Assembly (NCBI GenBank): GCA_001820875.1
Contig: MHRF01000007.1
Coordinates: 140,479-204,478 of the forward strand
From: Candidatus Taylorbacteria bacterium RIFCSPHIGHO2_01_FULL_46_22b
GTDB taxonomy: Bacteria > Patescibacteriota > Minisyncoccia > Phycocordibacterales > DSPV01
Direction: 5' to 3'
Length of the DNA stretch: 64,000 nucleotides
Part shown: one piece after another, positions 1 through 10,349 of the stretch
Numbering within the stretch: position 1 is the first letter of the stretch
Layout of the letters: every line of letters starts with the position of its first letter
Program-made: the position numbers and the translations under genes
Notes under the pieces: model-generated
What the model saw: only the letters and a program-made list of their open reading frames with translations
The model's database searches: none
Told to the model about the DNA's origin: nothing

Positions 1-68
1 AAGCAGAAAAAGAATATGGGAGACTAAAAAAATTATATGAAGAATGCACACTCGAGTTTGGGAAGCGT

Positions 69-395
69 GTGTTCAAAGGAACTATTGTTGAAAATAGCTT
101 ACGTAATAAAGATATTCTAGAGAAAGTCAAAATTGAAAAGACATATCATTCAAATGATTGGAAATTGTATGATGTTTTTGTCGGCGAGAAACGGATTTCT
201 GAACTCCCAAAATATTTGGCCGATGGCCCGTGGTATATCCATCTTTGGGAGGAGGGGAAAGATGAGGTGAGAATCATTTTTAAGGACAAGAGTTTTACTG
301 TACAATCTTCAGATAAGTCTACATGGGTTGATGCGATTGCTTATGGGAAGTCCATCGGGATTCCAGACGAACAGTTAGATTTTTATATTAAGTAA
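69..395 (+). CDS. hypothetical protein
   Basis: 108-aa ORF with GTG start, co-directional with neighbours; no family recognised. Confidence 0.7.
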   Translation: MFKGTIVENSLRNKDILEKVKIEKTYHSNDWKLYDVFVGEKRISELPKYLADGPWYIHLWEEGKDEVRIIFKDKSFTVQSSDKSTWVDAIAYGKSIGIPDEQLDFYIK

Positions 396-411
396 TAACT
401 ATTTAAAAAAT

Positions 412-768
412 ATGAAATTAAAAATTCTGATAACGATTCTTATCTTTGTGGCGATAGTGTTTGGCTATGTCTATTTTTCAAATCAAACGACGACGCTCAC
501 CGACACTGATTTCTCTGATTCGGTAGAGTATGTCTGCGCGGAAGGGAAGACCCTCGGAGCAGCATTTGCTGATGGAATCACCCGTGTCTCTCTATCTGAT
601 AAAAGAGTGTTTACGCTTGAGCAAGTCTCAACAGACGATGAATCTGGGACAAAATTTGCAAATGATGGAGATCAGATTGTTTTCTGGGTAAAAGATGATA
701 GCGCATTTCTAGAAGAAGTTGGCGCGACTACTTATGCTGGATGCAGAGTCTCGACCCCCTCATATTAG
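412..768 (+). CDS. MliC/PliC-like lysozyme inhibitor domain protein, membrane anchored
   Basis: N-terminal TM; YVC...SGTKFAN...FWVKDDSAFLE...YAGC matches the MliC pattern (YxC, SGxxY, FWxKG, terminal C). Confidence 0.7.
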   Translation: MKLKILITILIFVAIVFGYVYFSNQTTTLTDTDFSDSVEYVCAEGKTLGAAFADGITRVSLSDKRVFTLEQVSTDDESGTKFANDGDQIVFWVKDDSAFLEEVGATTYAGCRVSTPSY

Positions 769-792
769 ATACGTTTCGTTGCCATATCAGAA

Positions 793-1266
793 ATGAAAAA
801 ATTCTCCCCAGAAGAATATTATAAAAGTCTGCCCAAGAAACGCATGGGTTCCGGTGTTCTGTTTTTTAATGGCAAAGGAGAAATTTTGGTAGTAAAACCA
901 AACTATAAAGAAGGTTGGATTCTTCCGGGAGGAACGGTGGATGAAAATGAATCTCCCTTAACGGCAGCAGTGCGGGAAGTAAAAGAGGAAATCGGACTTG
1001 ATATATCAAAACTTACTTTGGCGTGTGTTGATTACACTCCCTTAGTGGGAGGAATAAAAACGGAAGCGTTGCAATTTGTGTTTACTGGTGGAGTTTTGGA
1101 CGATAAGCATATTTCACAAATAAAGTTGCAGGCGGAAGAACTAGATACGTTCAAGTTTGTTTTTCCAAGCGAAGCGCTTTCGATTTTAACTCATGGTTTG
1201 AGAGCAAGACTGCCCGATTGTCTAAAAGCGATAGAAAAGGGGACCGTAATATATCGGGAATCCTAA
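793..1266 (+). CDS. NUDIX hydrolase
   Basis: Nudix box PGGTVDENESPLTAAVREVKEEIG. Confidence 0.93.
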   Translation: MKKFSPEEYYKSLPKKRMGSGVLFFNGKGEILVVKPNYKEGWILPGGTVDENESPLTAAVREVKEEIGLDISKLTLACVDYTPLVGGIKTEALQFVFTGGVLDDKHISQIKLQAEELDTFKFVFPSEALSILTHGLRARLPDCLKAIEKGTVIYRES

Positions 1267-1334
1267 CGTCCATAATGAATGAGATGAGGATTTACAATTT
1301 TGGGGCGTATACTGTTAGAGACAAGATTTGATAT

Positions 1335-2258
1335 ATGAACAAAAAATTTATTATCGGAGGAATCATCCTAGTGCTCGCACTTAGCAATGCGTTTGTAATA
1401 TTTTCTTTTTCAAAAAATAGAGCAAGTTTGACTCAAGAAGACGCTATACACTCTGTCATTGAGCTATACCCTGACTTAGCTGCATATCAGACTATATCCC
1501 TTCCACCAAGTTCGATCGAGGCGAAGCAGACAACTTCAGGATGGTCTGTTGGATTTATTCAGCGTGGGAGCGGTGTGGTAGGAATATTAAACGCAAAATG
1601 TTATCAGGTTAGTGACACAGGAAATGTAGTCTTGATTGGGACTTACCTAGGACAAGGCGGTCAGATTGCACAGCAAATCGAACTTGAAACATGTGAGCCG
1701 GTGTTTGGAGAAATATCAGAACCGCCGTTTGTTTCTTTTCTGTCCTACGGGAACGTTACGCTCAAGCTCAATGAGACCGCACCATTTAAAGACCTATCAA
1801 TTCGTACACTTTCCATTGAAGAAGATAGCCGCTGTCCGAGTGATGTGCAGTGTATCCAAGCGGGGACGGTGCGCGTGAAGGTGCAGGTAGTGTCGGGAAT
1901 GGGGACGAGTACCAGCGTTCTTAAGCTTGAAGAAGTGTTTACCACGGAAGCTGAAGTAATTACGTTGACGGATGTCAGGCCATACCCAAAATCTACGCAG
2001 ACGATTGCTTCTGCAGATTATCGTCTGGTGTTCAATGTGGTATCGAGGGGAGCTTCAGAACCTCCAGTTTCTATCGGCAAATGTTATATCGGCGGATGCT
2101 CATCACAGTTGTGTACCGATCAGCCTGATGCAGTCTCAACTTGCGAATACAGGGCCGAATATGGGTGTTATAAATCAGCAACGTGTAAAAGGCAGCCAAA
2201 CGGCCAGTGTGGATGGACACAGACGGCAGAACTTAGAGCTTGTCTTATAACACAATGA
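1335..2258 (+). CDS. secreted cysteine-rich protein (C-terminal Cys-cluster domain)
   Basis: N-terminal TM/signal; DSRCPSDVQCIQAG motif; C-terminal CYIGGCSSQLC..STCEY..CY...C...CGW. Confidence 0.75.
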   Translation: MNKKFIIGGIILVLALSNAFVIFSFSKNRASLTQEDAIHSVIELYPDLAAYQTISLPPSSIEAKQTTSGWSVGFIQRGSGVVGILNAKCYQVSDTGNVVLIGTYLGQGGQIAQQIELETCEPVFGEISEPPFVSFLSYGNVTLKLNETAPFKDLSIRTLSIEEDSRCPSDVQCIQAGTVRVKVQVVSGMGTSTSVLKLEEVFTTEAEVITLTDVRPYPKSTQTIASADYRLVFNVVSRGASEPPVSIGKCYIGGCSSQLCTDQPDAVSTCEYRAEYGCYKSATCKRQPNGQCGWTQTAELRACLITQ

Positions 2259-2319
2259 CACAATTTGTATATACTAGAAGTAGTTGCATAGGTAAGTTTT
2301 AATAACTAGTTTGTAATCT

Positions 2320-2733
2320 ATGGAAGTCAATTATGTTTTGATAGTAGTGGCGACAATCGCGCAATTTATTTTAGGAGGTCTCTGGTATTCGCCACTTCTA
2401 TTTGGAAAATGGTGGATGCAGTTTATGGAGTGTGACCATCTTTCGAAAGAAGAGTTGCAGAAAATGCAGAAATCGATGATGCCGTTTTATGGATTGCAGC
2501 TTCTCTTAACATTTTTCACGACTGTTTCCTTTGCAAATCTCGTTCCTTACATCAGCGCGTTTAGCATCTATCACATTGCCTTCTGGATCTGGATCGGGTT
2601 TATTGTTCCGACACAGATTGCATCAGTGGTTTGGGCAAACACCAAAAGAAAGTTCTGGCTCAAACAAATATTTGTCATGGTGTTCTACCAACTTGTTGGT
2701 ATTATGCTCACCGCGTGGATATTGTCGTTCTAG
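2320..2733 (+). CDS. DUF1761-family membrane protein
   Basis: LGGLWYSPLLFGKWW motif, about 4 TM segments. Confidence 0.85.
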   Translation: MEVNYVLIVVATIAQFILGGLWYSPLLFGKWWMQFMECDHLSKEELQKMQKSMMPFYGLQLLLTFFTTVSFANLVPYISAFSIYHIAFWIWIGFIVPTQIASVVWANTKRKFWLKQIFVMVFYQLVGIMLTAWILSF

Positions 2734-2749
2734 CTATTTGTAAACAAAG

Positions 2750-3376
2750 ATGGAATCTCGCTCTGAACACAATCAATTAGATTCAGATCTTGCTCCTGAA
2801 AATGTACACGACAAACCTCCTCGTATATTTCACTTGCAAATTTCTGCTGAGGAACAAGAAGCGCTGACAAAAAAGTTTGAGTTTGATAAACCGAGGGAAC
2901 GATCTTACGTGTATTTTGACACTAGTGCGGATTCAGAACATGCGATGTTGTTTAAAAACAAGGTTCGGCTGCGAATAAAAACGAAGGGGTTAGTACATAC
3001 CTTGGAATTGAAAACGCGGGGAAATGTAAAAAATGAAGTTGAGGACACTCTTTCTGCAGAAGAGTTTCAGGCTTTGCTTGAAGGTGTCTTTCCAGATGGA
3101 AAGGTTAAAGATACACTTTCTGAACAGAACTTATTTTTTCCGGTTAAACCGATTGATAGCTCAATTTCTGTACGACGAGGACTTGCATTTCATGGCGGAA
3201 AATTAACGCTCGATCAGACCACGATTAATCATCGGCCAGAGGCAAATTATACGCTTGAATTTCACTCAAAAGGGACGTTCTCTGATGGAGAGATACAGGC
3301 TCTTTTAGAGGAGCTTGGAGTTTCCAATAATCCGGTCAAAAAAAATAAATTAGAAAAATTTTGGGAAGGGAGATAG
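2750..3376 (+). CDS. CYTH-domain protein (divergent)
   Basis: YFDT...LFKNKVRLRIK...LELK...LTLD...YTLE pattern of CYTH triphosphate tunnel enzymes; N-terminal ExE motif not evident. Confidence 0.65.
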   Translation: MESRSEHNQLDSDLAPENVHDKPPRIFHLQISAEEQEALTKKFEFDKPRERSYVYFDTSADSEHAMLFKNKVRLRIKTKGLVHTLELKTRGNVKNEVEDTLSAEEFQALLEGVFPDGKVKDTLSEQNLFFPVKPIDSSISVRRGLAFHGGKLTLDQTTINHRPEANYTLEFHSKGTFSDGEIQALLEELGVSNNPVKKNKLEKFWEGR

Positions 3377-3442
3377 TGGACGGAAACCCCGTACTTTGTC
3401 GTAATATTTTCAGTCCTAAAATCGTGGTAAAATAGAATTACT

Positions 3443-4327
3443 ATGAAAAAAGCTATTATAGCGGTTATTGCCATTATTATTATCGCCGGGGGCATTTATT
3501 ATTTCACTCGCAGTTCTTCGCAGGATACGACGCAAGATCAGACAACTAACACAGATACAACCCCAGCACCGATAGTTGATAAGACTAAGACAGTTATCGG
3601 GAAATCTGTCCAAGGAAATGACCTAACGGCATATCACTTTGGCACAGGGACGACCACAGAGGTTTTGTTTGTCGGGGGTATTCATGGCGGATATGAATGG
3701 AACACGGCGCTGGTTGCATATGAGCTCATGGATTACTTGAAAACAGATCCTTCAGTTATTCCGGCTAATGTTTCAGTTACCGTTATTCCAGTATTAAACC
3801 CGGACGGGTTGAATAAGACTGTTGGCACGACCACTCGTTTTTCAGCATCAGATGTTCCATCATCGCAGGAAACCCAGATTGCGGGACGCTTTAATGCAAA
3901 CACCGTAGATCTCAACCGGAACTTTGACTGTGATTGGCAGGCAGAAGGGAAGTGGCAGACAAAGACCGTGAGCGGAGGGACGGCGGCGTTTTCCGAGCCG
4001 GAGAGTCTTGCAATCAAGAATTATGTTGAAATGAAGAAGCCGGCGGCAGTTGTCGTCTGGTACAGCTCTGCAGGAGGAGTTTTCGCGTCAAACTGCCACA
4101 CAGGAGTCTTACCCGAAACAAATAAAATCACCAAAGTATATGCAGACGCTTCAGGATATCCGGCATTCCAGAGCTTTGATTTCTACGAAGTCACTGGCGA
4201 CATGGTGAATTGGCTCGCAAAAAATAATGTTCCGGCAATCAGCGTACTTTTGACCAACCACACGAGCACCGAGTGGACTAAGAATCAGGCAGGCGTAAAA
4301 GCACTCCTTCAGTATTATGCTAAATAA
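3443..4327 (+). CDS. M14 zinc carboxypeptidase / MpaA-like peptidase, membrane anchored
   Basis: GGIHGGYE, LNPDG, GRFNANTVDLNRNF, FSEPES; third Zn ligand position reads WYS rather than WHS. Confidence 0.88.
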   Translation: MKKAIIAVIAIIIIAGGIYYFTRSSSQDTTQDQTTNTDTTPAPIVDKTKTVIGKSVQGNDLTAYHFGTGTTTEVLFVGGIHGGYEWNTALVAYELMDYLKTDPSVIPANVSVTVIPVLNPDGLNKTVGTTTRFSASDVPSSQETQIAGRFNANTVDLNRNFDCDWQAEGKWQTKTVSGGTAAFSEPESLAIKNYVEMKKPAAVVVWYSSAGGVFASNCHTGVLPETNKITKVYADASGYPAFQSFDFYEVTGDMVNWLAKNNVPAISVLLTNHTSTEWTKNQAGVKALLQYYAK

Positions 4328-5208
4328 TGCAGACGGTTTCTACGAAGAAAGTTGTCGCGATAGTCGTTTTGATTATCGCGCTTGGGGTCGCTGGATTTTG
4401 GTTGCTTAGCCGGTCAAAACACACGCCCGAAGCCGTAAAAGTTGAGACGCCAAGACACACGGTGATTGGAAGATCTGTTGAAAACCGTGCGATTGATGCG
4501 TATACATATGGAAATGGAGGTGCGCAGATTTTATTTGTCGGCGGAGTTCATGGCGGATATGAATGGAACAGCGTGCTTCTCGCATACAAATTTATGGATT
4601 ACCTCGATGTATATCCTGAAATAGTTCCTCAAAATCTGACTGTTATCGTCATCCCATCTCTCAATCCTGACGGCGTCTATAAAATAGTTGGCAAAGAAGG
4701 ACGTTTTGCTCTGGCCGATATTCCCGTGGATACAGACCAATCTGCAGGGCGATTTAATGCACACGAAGTGGATCTCAACCGAAATTTCGATTGCAAATGG
4801 CAATCAAAGAGCACATGGCGCGACAAAGTGGTGAGTGCAGGATCGGCGCCATTTTCAGAGCCTGAAGCGGAAGCTCTCAAGGATTTTGTTTTAGCAAATC
4901 ATCCCTCCGCTGTTATTTTCTGGCATAGCCAGTCTAATGCGGTCTATGCATCGCAGTGCGAAAATGGGATTCTACCAATCACACTCGATATCATGAATGC
5001 ATATGCGAAAGCAGCGGGATACCCTGCAGTAAAGACATTTGACGCATACGCGACCACAGGCGCCGCTGACGACTGGCTCGCCTCCATAAACATTCCCGCG
5101 ATTACCGTTGAACTCAAAACACACGAGGACATTGAATGGGAAAAGAATCTTAAAGGTATACAAGCGCTGTTTGAGTATCTCGAGGAACACGCTAACATAT
5201 TGCCGTAG
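4327..5208 (+). CDS. M14 zinc carboxypeptidase / MpaA-like peptidase (tandem paralogue)
   Basis: GGVHGGYE, DLNRNF, FSEPE, FWHSQ, ITVEL; translationally coupled (TAATG) to previous gene. Confidence 0.9.
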   Translation: MQTVSTKKVVAIVVLIIALGVAGFWLLSRSKHTPEAVKVETPRHTVIGRSVENRAIDAYTYGNGGAQILFVGGVHGGYEWNSVLLAYKFMDYLDVYPEIVPQNLTVIVIPSLNPDGVYKIVGKEGRFALADIPVDTDQSAGRFNAHEVDLNRNFDCKWQSKSTWRDKVVSAGSAPFSEPEAEALKDFVLANHPSAVIFWHSQSNAVYASQCENGILPITLDIMNAYAKAAGYPAVKTFDAYATTGAADDWLASINIPAITVELKTHEDIEWEKNLKGIQALFEYLEEHANILP

Positions 5209-5249
5209 CTTTAAAGTTTTAATCTATCTAGTTTTGATATACTGGAGTT

Positions 5250-5840
5250 ATGGATTATAAAATTATAATCAGCGTTATTTCTGTTGCTCTCGTATTCATT
5301 GGGTACGGTTGGTATATCAGAGACATCTTACAAAAGAAGACCACTCCCCACGCTTTTACTTTTTTGGGGTGGTCGCTTGCAAGTTCAATTGCATGGGCAC
5401 TTCAAGTGTATGGAGGAGCAGGTGTTGGCGCATGGATAACTTTCTGGGTAACTGCCGTTTGTATATTCATCTTCTTTCTTTCTCTCAAATACGGAGAAAA
5501 AAACATCACTACCTTAGATGTTATGTTTTTGTTACTAGCTCTATCTTCCCTTTTTCTTTGGATAGTTGTAGATCAACCAGTGTGGTCAGTAATATTGGTT
5601 GTGCTCACTGACGTATTGAGTTTCGGGCCGACTTTGAGAAAGTCATGGAACAAACCACACTCGGAGACACTTTTTACTTGGTGGGTTGCGGCATTCAGAC
5701 ACGGATTTGGGATCCTTGCGTTGCAGAAGTTTAACATCCTCACGCTTCTCTATCCGATAGCGTGGACAGCGGCCAATGTTTTATTTTGTTTAATCTTGAT
5801 TGTTAGGCGCAAACAGATTAAACAGGTCCCATTAGTATGA
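5250..5840 (+). CDS. membrane protein
   Basis: 196 aa, about 7 hydrophobic segments; PTLRKSWNKPHSE motif. Confidence 0.8.
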   Translation: MDYKIIISVISVALVFIGYGWYIRDILQKKTTPHAFTFLGWSLASSIAWALQVYGGAGVGAWITFWVTAVCIFIFFLSLKYGEKNITTLDVMFLLLALSSLFLWIVVDQPVWSVILVVLTDVLSFGPTLRKSWNKPHSETLFTWWVAAFRHGFGILALQKFNILTLLYPIAWTAANVLFCLILIVRRKQIKQVPLV

Positions 5841-5844
5841 GGTT

Positions 5845-6132
5845 ATGTATTTCGTCTACATTATTCGGTGTTCGGACGATACGCTGTATACCGGCATCAC
5901 GACAGACGTTGAACGCAGATTTAATGAGCACAAAAATGGAAAAGGTGGGCACTATACTAAATCGAGAAAAGCGGTAGAGTTGTTGTATACCGAAAAGAGT
6001 CCTGATCGCAGTTCGGCACTCAAACGAGAAGCAGAAATCAAGAGTTGGAGCAGGGAGGAGAAGTTAAATTTGATTAATAAAGAGGAAGCGTCGAAATCTG
6101 TTTCAGAAATAGGACAAGACAATCAGTCCTGA
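5845..6132 (+). CDS. GIY-YIG nuclease (UPF0213/YhbQ-like)
   Basis: YFVYIIRCSDDTLYTGITTDVERRFNEH...YT...ALKREAEIK; 3' end overlaps the convergent gene by 30 nt. Confidence 0.92.
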   Translation: MYFVYIIRCSDDTLYTGITTDVERRFNEHKNGKGGHYTKSRKAVELLYTEKSPDRSSALKREAEIKSWSREEKLNLINKEEASKSVSEIGQDNQS

Positions 6133-7503
6133 AAAATAGAGATAGAAAACAGAAGCGACAATCAGGAAGATATTGGTGATAATCCCCGGCCGCAAGGGCT
6201 TGGGGAGTTTAAAGTTGTTCATATAGAACAGAATGGGGGTGTATATGGCCATAGTGAGGCCACCGAGCACCGCGCTAATGGTGAGCAAAATCAACGGTTG
6301 TTTGAGAGGAAGTAGAAGCGCACTCAAAAATACAATGATTAAAATTAAGCCGTAGTAGAGATGGCTTAGAGAGATTTTTTTGAACGGGGATAGAATTTTC
6401 TGAAACGGTCCGGTTTGGGAATTGACGTAAATAATGTCCGAGACAATTCTCGTGAACGCATCTATCACAGTCCACATTACGGAGAAGAGCATCAGAAATG
6501 CCATAATCAAAAACAGGTTGAAACCGAATGCTCCCCAGTTTTCACCGAATATATGAGCTTGGACGACGGCGACGTCCAAGCCGTCTGGCACGAGTCCTTT
6601 TGGTCCGAGCACGGCGTATGCGTTTAAGCTCAACAAAACAAGTGTGATGAGACCCAAGAGCCAGAAAATCAAACCCTGATCGATTTTGATGAAGTGCATC
6701 CATTTTTTCCACCGGACGAGATTTTCAGGGCTGGTTTCAAACGCATACCCTTTGTACGACACGGATTCTATTTTTCCGGTTATCGGATTGATGATTCTCC
6801 CGACATATTTCCCCATGCCAACTTGTTTGTCTCGATACCAAAGGGATATACAGAGATTGAGAAGCCCTCCGGCACCGGCAAAGACAATTGCACCGAGCAG
6901 AACTTGAATATTGATATCTTGGGGTAGATAGCCGAAATTAGTGATGCCGGCAAGAAGCTCCTTTAGATTTTCTATCGAGAGTGTCATGAAGCTCGAGATT
7001 ACGAGCAATATGAAAAATGTCGGGACAATAAATTTAAGCGATTTTTCAAGGAGCGAGTAGGCGACTTTGCCGCTGAACGTCAAAATTAAAACTAACAAAA
7101 GACTCATTACTGCCCACCAGAGATAGTGTCCGAACCCGAACAATTCTTTGAGTGTTGTGCCGATTGCAGCCGCCCATCCAGGCCAGATGTAGAGTAGGAG
7201 TGCCGAGAGCATCCAGAACGGTGCAAACCATTTAAAGATACGTGAGGAAGAAGTGAAGAAACTTTCGCCAGTGGCAAGTGAATGCCGTGCAACCTCTTGA
7301 TTGATGAAATATTGAAACGTGATTCCAAGGAGCGCTGTCCAGATGATGCCGAGCCCGTGTTTGGTGATCAGATGCGGCCACATAATAAGTTCGCCTGTGC
7401 CGATTGCAAGTCCTGTAACCACCACACCGACTCCGAGCGCCTTCGTCCAATGAGGGGGTTTAGGTAATTCCCTGATTTCTCGTTCGCCGTAATGCTGATC
7501 CAT
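6103..7503 (-). CDS. Nramp-like/APC-superfamily transporter
   Basis: GLAIGTGELIMWP motif, about 11 TM segments. Confidence 0.85.
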   Translation of the reverse strand: MDQHYGEREIRELPKPPHWTKALGVGVVVTGLAIGTGELIMWPHLITKHGLGIIWTALLGITFQYFINQEVARHSLATGESFFTSSSRIFKWFAPFWMLSALLLYIWPGWAAAIGTTLKELFGFGHYLWWAVMSLLLVLILTFSGKVAYSLLEKSLKFIVPTFFILLVISSFMTLSIENLKELLAGITNFGYLPQDINIQVLLGAIVFAGAGGLLNLCISLWYRDKQVGMGKYVGRIINPITGKIESVSYKGYAFETSPENLVRWKKWMHFIKIDQGLIFWLLGLITLVLLSLNAYAVLGPKGLVPDGLDVAVVQAHIFGENWGAFGFNLFLIMAFLMLFSVMWTVIDAFTRIVSDIIYVNSQTGPFQKILSPFKKISLSHLYYGLILIIVFLSALLLPLKQPLILLTISAVLGGLTMAIYTPILFYMNNFKLPKPLRPGIITNIFLIVASVFYLYFSGLIVLSYF

Positions 7504-7592
7504 GAGAAAAGTATATCAGGTTTTGGATTTGCTATACTAGATGGGAATTTGGATAAACAACTAACTTTCCAAGTTTTCAACAAAAAACAGCT

Positions 7593-8015
7593 ATGAATAT
7601 GTTCAAACCAGTTAAAGCGAAATCCATCAAAGCATATTTCGAAATGCTTCCGGAGGAACGCCGAGTGCCGATGGAATTTTTGCACGCCTTTATTCAGAAG
7701 TCATCGCCCAAACTCAAGCCTATTTTTTCCTACAACATGTTAGGGTACGGAAGTTTCAAATACAAAAACTACAAAAAAGAGATTATCAATTGGCCGGTCA
7801 TCGCGCTTGCAAGCCAGAAAAATTACATAAGCGTGTATGTTTGCGCGGTGGATAAGGGGAAATATATCGCCGAGAAATATAAAAAGGAATTGGGGAAGGT
7901 AAGCGTTGGCAGGAGTTGCATTCGTTTCACGAAGCTTGAGGATTTAGATCTCAAAGTTTTCAAAAAGGTCATACAGCTTGCCTCAAAATCACCAGGACTT
8001 GTAGAAAATAAATAA
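7593..8015 (+). CDS. DUF1801 domain protein
   Basis: MLGYG...LASQKNYISVY...GKVSVGRSCIRF. Confidence 0.85.
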   Translation: MNMFKPVKAKSIKAYFEMLPEERRVPMEFLHAFIQKSSPKLKPIFSYNMLGYGSFKYKNYKKEIINWPVIALASQKNYISVYVCAVDKGKYIAEKYKKELGKVSVGRSCIRFTKLEDLDLKVFKKVIQLASKSPGLVENK

Positions 8016-8181
8016 TCTCTGGCGGGGTGTGCGACGGGCATTGGGAGTGGTTTAGGAAAGACGGCACCAAGATGCGTTCTGGATACTTTAAGAAAGGCAA
8101 GCAAGTCGGAAAATGGACGACATATGACGGGAAGGGAAAAGTGTATAAAATTACTCAAATGAAATAAGTTGTCTCGCATAT

Positions 8182-8838
8182 ATGCACAAGCCGAAAATAA
8201 TAGAAAAAACAGTTTATTTTGTCCGACATGGACAAAGCGAAGCAAATGTTTCCCACATATTCCAGCCTGTTGATTCGCCATTGACTGAAGTAGGGAAACA
8301 ACAGGCAAAACAAATTGCGGAGCGTATTGGGAAACTTTCTTTCGAAACGCTCATTGTCAGTCCATTTCCGCGGACAAAAGAAACTGCGGAATGTATCACA
8401 CAAAAAACGGGCAAAGCACCTGAATATTGCGATTTGTTTATTGAACGGGGCAAGCCGAGTGGGCTTGGTGGGAAATCATATGACGATCCGGAAGCAGACG
8501 GACTGTGGAAGGAATGGGAACACAGTTTGTATACATCTGGGGTGAGAGCAGGAGATGGAGAGAATTTTGATGATATCATCGCGCGTGCAGACAAAGCATT
8601 GGACTTTCTTCGACAGCGCAAAGAAAAAGTTCTCGTGGTGGTGACGCATGGATTTTTCCTACGAACGATAATCGCACGCGTTATTCTTGGCACGTTGCTC
8701 ACTCCCGAATCATTTCGAAATTTTCATGCTACGGTTGGTATGGAAAACACCGGCCTTTCTGTACTTACGTATGGCACCGTATATGAAGGTACATCATGGC
8801 GTTTGTGGATATATAATGATCACGCGCACTTGGGTTAG
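8182..8838 (+). CDS. histidine phosphatase (phosphoglycerate mutase family)
   Basis: VRHGQS, SPFPRTKET, VVTHG motifs. Confidence 0.93.
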   Translation: MHKPKIIEKTVYFVRHGQSEANVSHIFQPVDSPLTEVGKQQAKQIAERIGKLSFETLIVSPFPRTKETAECITQKTGKAPEYCDLFIERGKPSGLGGKSYDDPEADGLWKEWEHSLYTSGVRAGDGENFDDIIARADKALDFLRQRKEKVLVVVTHGFFLRTIIARVILGTLLTPESFRNFHATVGMENTGLSVLTYGTVYEGTSWRLWIYNDHAHLG

Positions 8839-8932
8839 GACTTAACGAGGCGATCCAGCAGAATAAATACAGAAAGTCTCCATAACAGCCTATATATTTT
8901 GTGATACTATGGGGATATTCAACGCTTCCATT

Positions 8933-9721
8933 ATGTATACACGGAAGACAAAATACGGTTTTACACTCATTGAACTTCTGGTGGTAATATCCATTATCAG
9001 TTTAATGGCTTCTATCGTATTGGCTTCTGTAAATTCCGCACGGGATAAGGCGCGGGTTGCCGCTGGACTCACTTTTTCTAATCATATTTTTCATGCCTAT
9101 GGGGCTGATGCGACTGGCGTATGGAATCTTGATGAGGGATCAGGTTCAATTGTATACAATACTTCAGGATATGGAACAAATAACGGTTCGATCACTGGTG
9201 CGACATGGACAACCGGCCCGAATAAAAAGCCCGCGTTGCATTTTGTGGATGGTAACTTTGTCAATGTCGGATCGGTAACTTTGCCGATTAATGTAAGCGT
9301 TGCTGCGTGGATTAAGACTTCATCAAGCGTGCAGAAACCCATATTTAGCAATCGCGGTACCGGCATTTATTTTGGCATTACCGGTGGGAAATTCTTTACC
9401 TATTACACGACTGGTTCGCCTCAAAACATGGTTTCGGTCATTTCGGTAAATGATAATGGGTGGCATCACGTAGTGTGGACATCAAATGGGTCTGTGTCTC
9501 GTATGTATGTTGATGGACGACTTGATTCAAGAATCAATCAATCGAGAGGTGCGCAAACAGGTACCGCCTATATTGGGTGGGACGCGCCCAATTTCAATGA
9601 GTATTTTGCAGGTGATATAGCTCAAGTTGCAGTGTATAATAATGTATTGAGCGCAGGGGATGTAGAACAGCTGTATGCTCAAAACGCGGGACGATTTCTT
9701 GCGGATAGGACTATTAAATAA
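8933..9721 (+). CDS. type IV pilin-like protein with LamG/concanavalin domain
   Basis: [11 protein letters not shown] prepilin cleavage motif; WNLDEGSG, WHHVV, MYVDG, LSAGDV LamG motifs; start taken at second Met. Confidence 0.9.
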   Translation: MYTRKTKYGFTLIELLVVISIISLMASIVLASVNSARDKARVAAGLTFSNHIFHAYGADATGVWNLDEGSGSIVYNTSGYGTNNGSITGATWTTGPNKKPALHFVDGNFVNVGSVTLPINVSVAAWIKTSSSVQKPIFSNRGTGIYFGITGGKFFTYYTTGSPQNMVSVISVNDNGWHHVVWTSNGSVSRMYVDGRLDSRINQSRGAQTGTAYIGWDAPNFNEYFAGDIAQVAVYNNVLSAGDVEQLYAQNAGRFLADRTIK

Positions 9722-9739
9722 TAATGAAATATCATTTAT

Positions 9740-10117
9740 ATGAGTAAAATAAATATTATAGGAGGAATTATTGTTGTTCTTGCCGTTGTCGGTGCGGTCT
9801 ATTACACGAATCGACCGGCAGAATATCCAATTGATCCGGTTACTGCTACTTCCACAACAACGCAAAGTGGTGAGGAACAGAGCTACACATTTGCGGAAGT
9901 AACAACGCACAATTCCAGCGCAAGCTGCTGGAGTGCCATCAATAGCAATGTCTATGATTTAACGAGTTGGATTGGCAAACATCCGGGTGGCCCAAGCGCA
10001 ATCAAGAGTATTTGTGGTAAAGATGGATCTGAAGCGTTTAATGGACAACACGGCGGCCAACCACAGCAGGCGAGCGTATTGGAAGGATTCTATATCGGGA
10101 AACTCGATACACAGTAA
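9740..10117 (+). CDS. cytochrome b5-like heme-binding protein
   Basis: HNSSASCW...VYDLTSW..KHPGG...CGKDGSEAF..QH. Confidence 0.93.
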   Translation: MSKINIIGGIIVVLAVVGAVYYTNRPAEYPIDPVTATSTTTQSGEEQSYTFAEVTTHNSSASCWSAINSNVYDLTSWIGKHPGGPSAIKSICGKDGSEAFNGQHGGQPQQASVLEGFYIGKLDTQ

Positions 10118-10311
10118 TGGAAACATCTCTTGAAAGGATAGAGAAAAAACTTGCCGAGCTTGAGGCCACTCTCGCTGCTGTGCATCAGTCATCTGAACAG
10201 ATGCGCAAATATTTCTTGTGGACACTGATTGTTACTGTTGCAGTTATTGTGTTGCCACTACTCGCCTTTCCATTTGTGATCCCAGCATTCCTGCAATCAG
10301 TAGCTTTTTAG
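10117..10311 (+). CDS. small coiled-coil + TM protein
   Basis: 64 aa, coupled to previous gene, C-terminal TM. Confidence 0.7.
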   Translation: METSLERIEKKLAELEATLAAVHQSSEQMRKYFLWTLIVTVAVIVLPLLAFPFVIPAFLQSVAF

Positions 10312-10349
10312 GCAGGGATGTTTAGTTTTATAAGCGTAATACAGATTTC

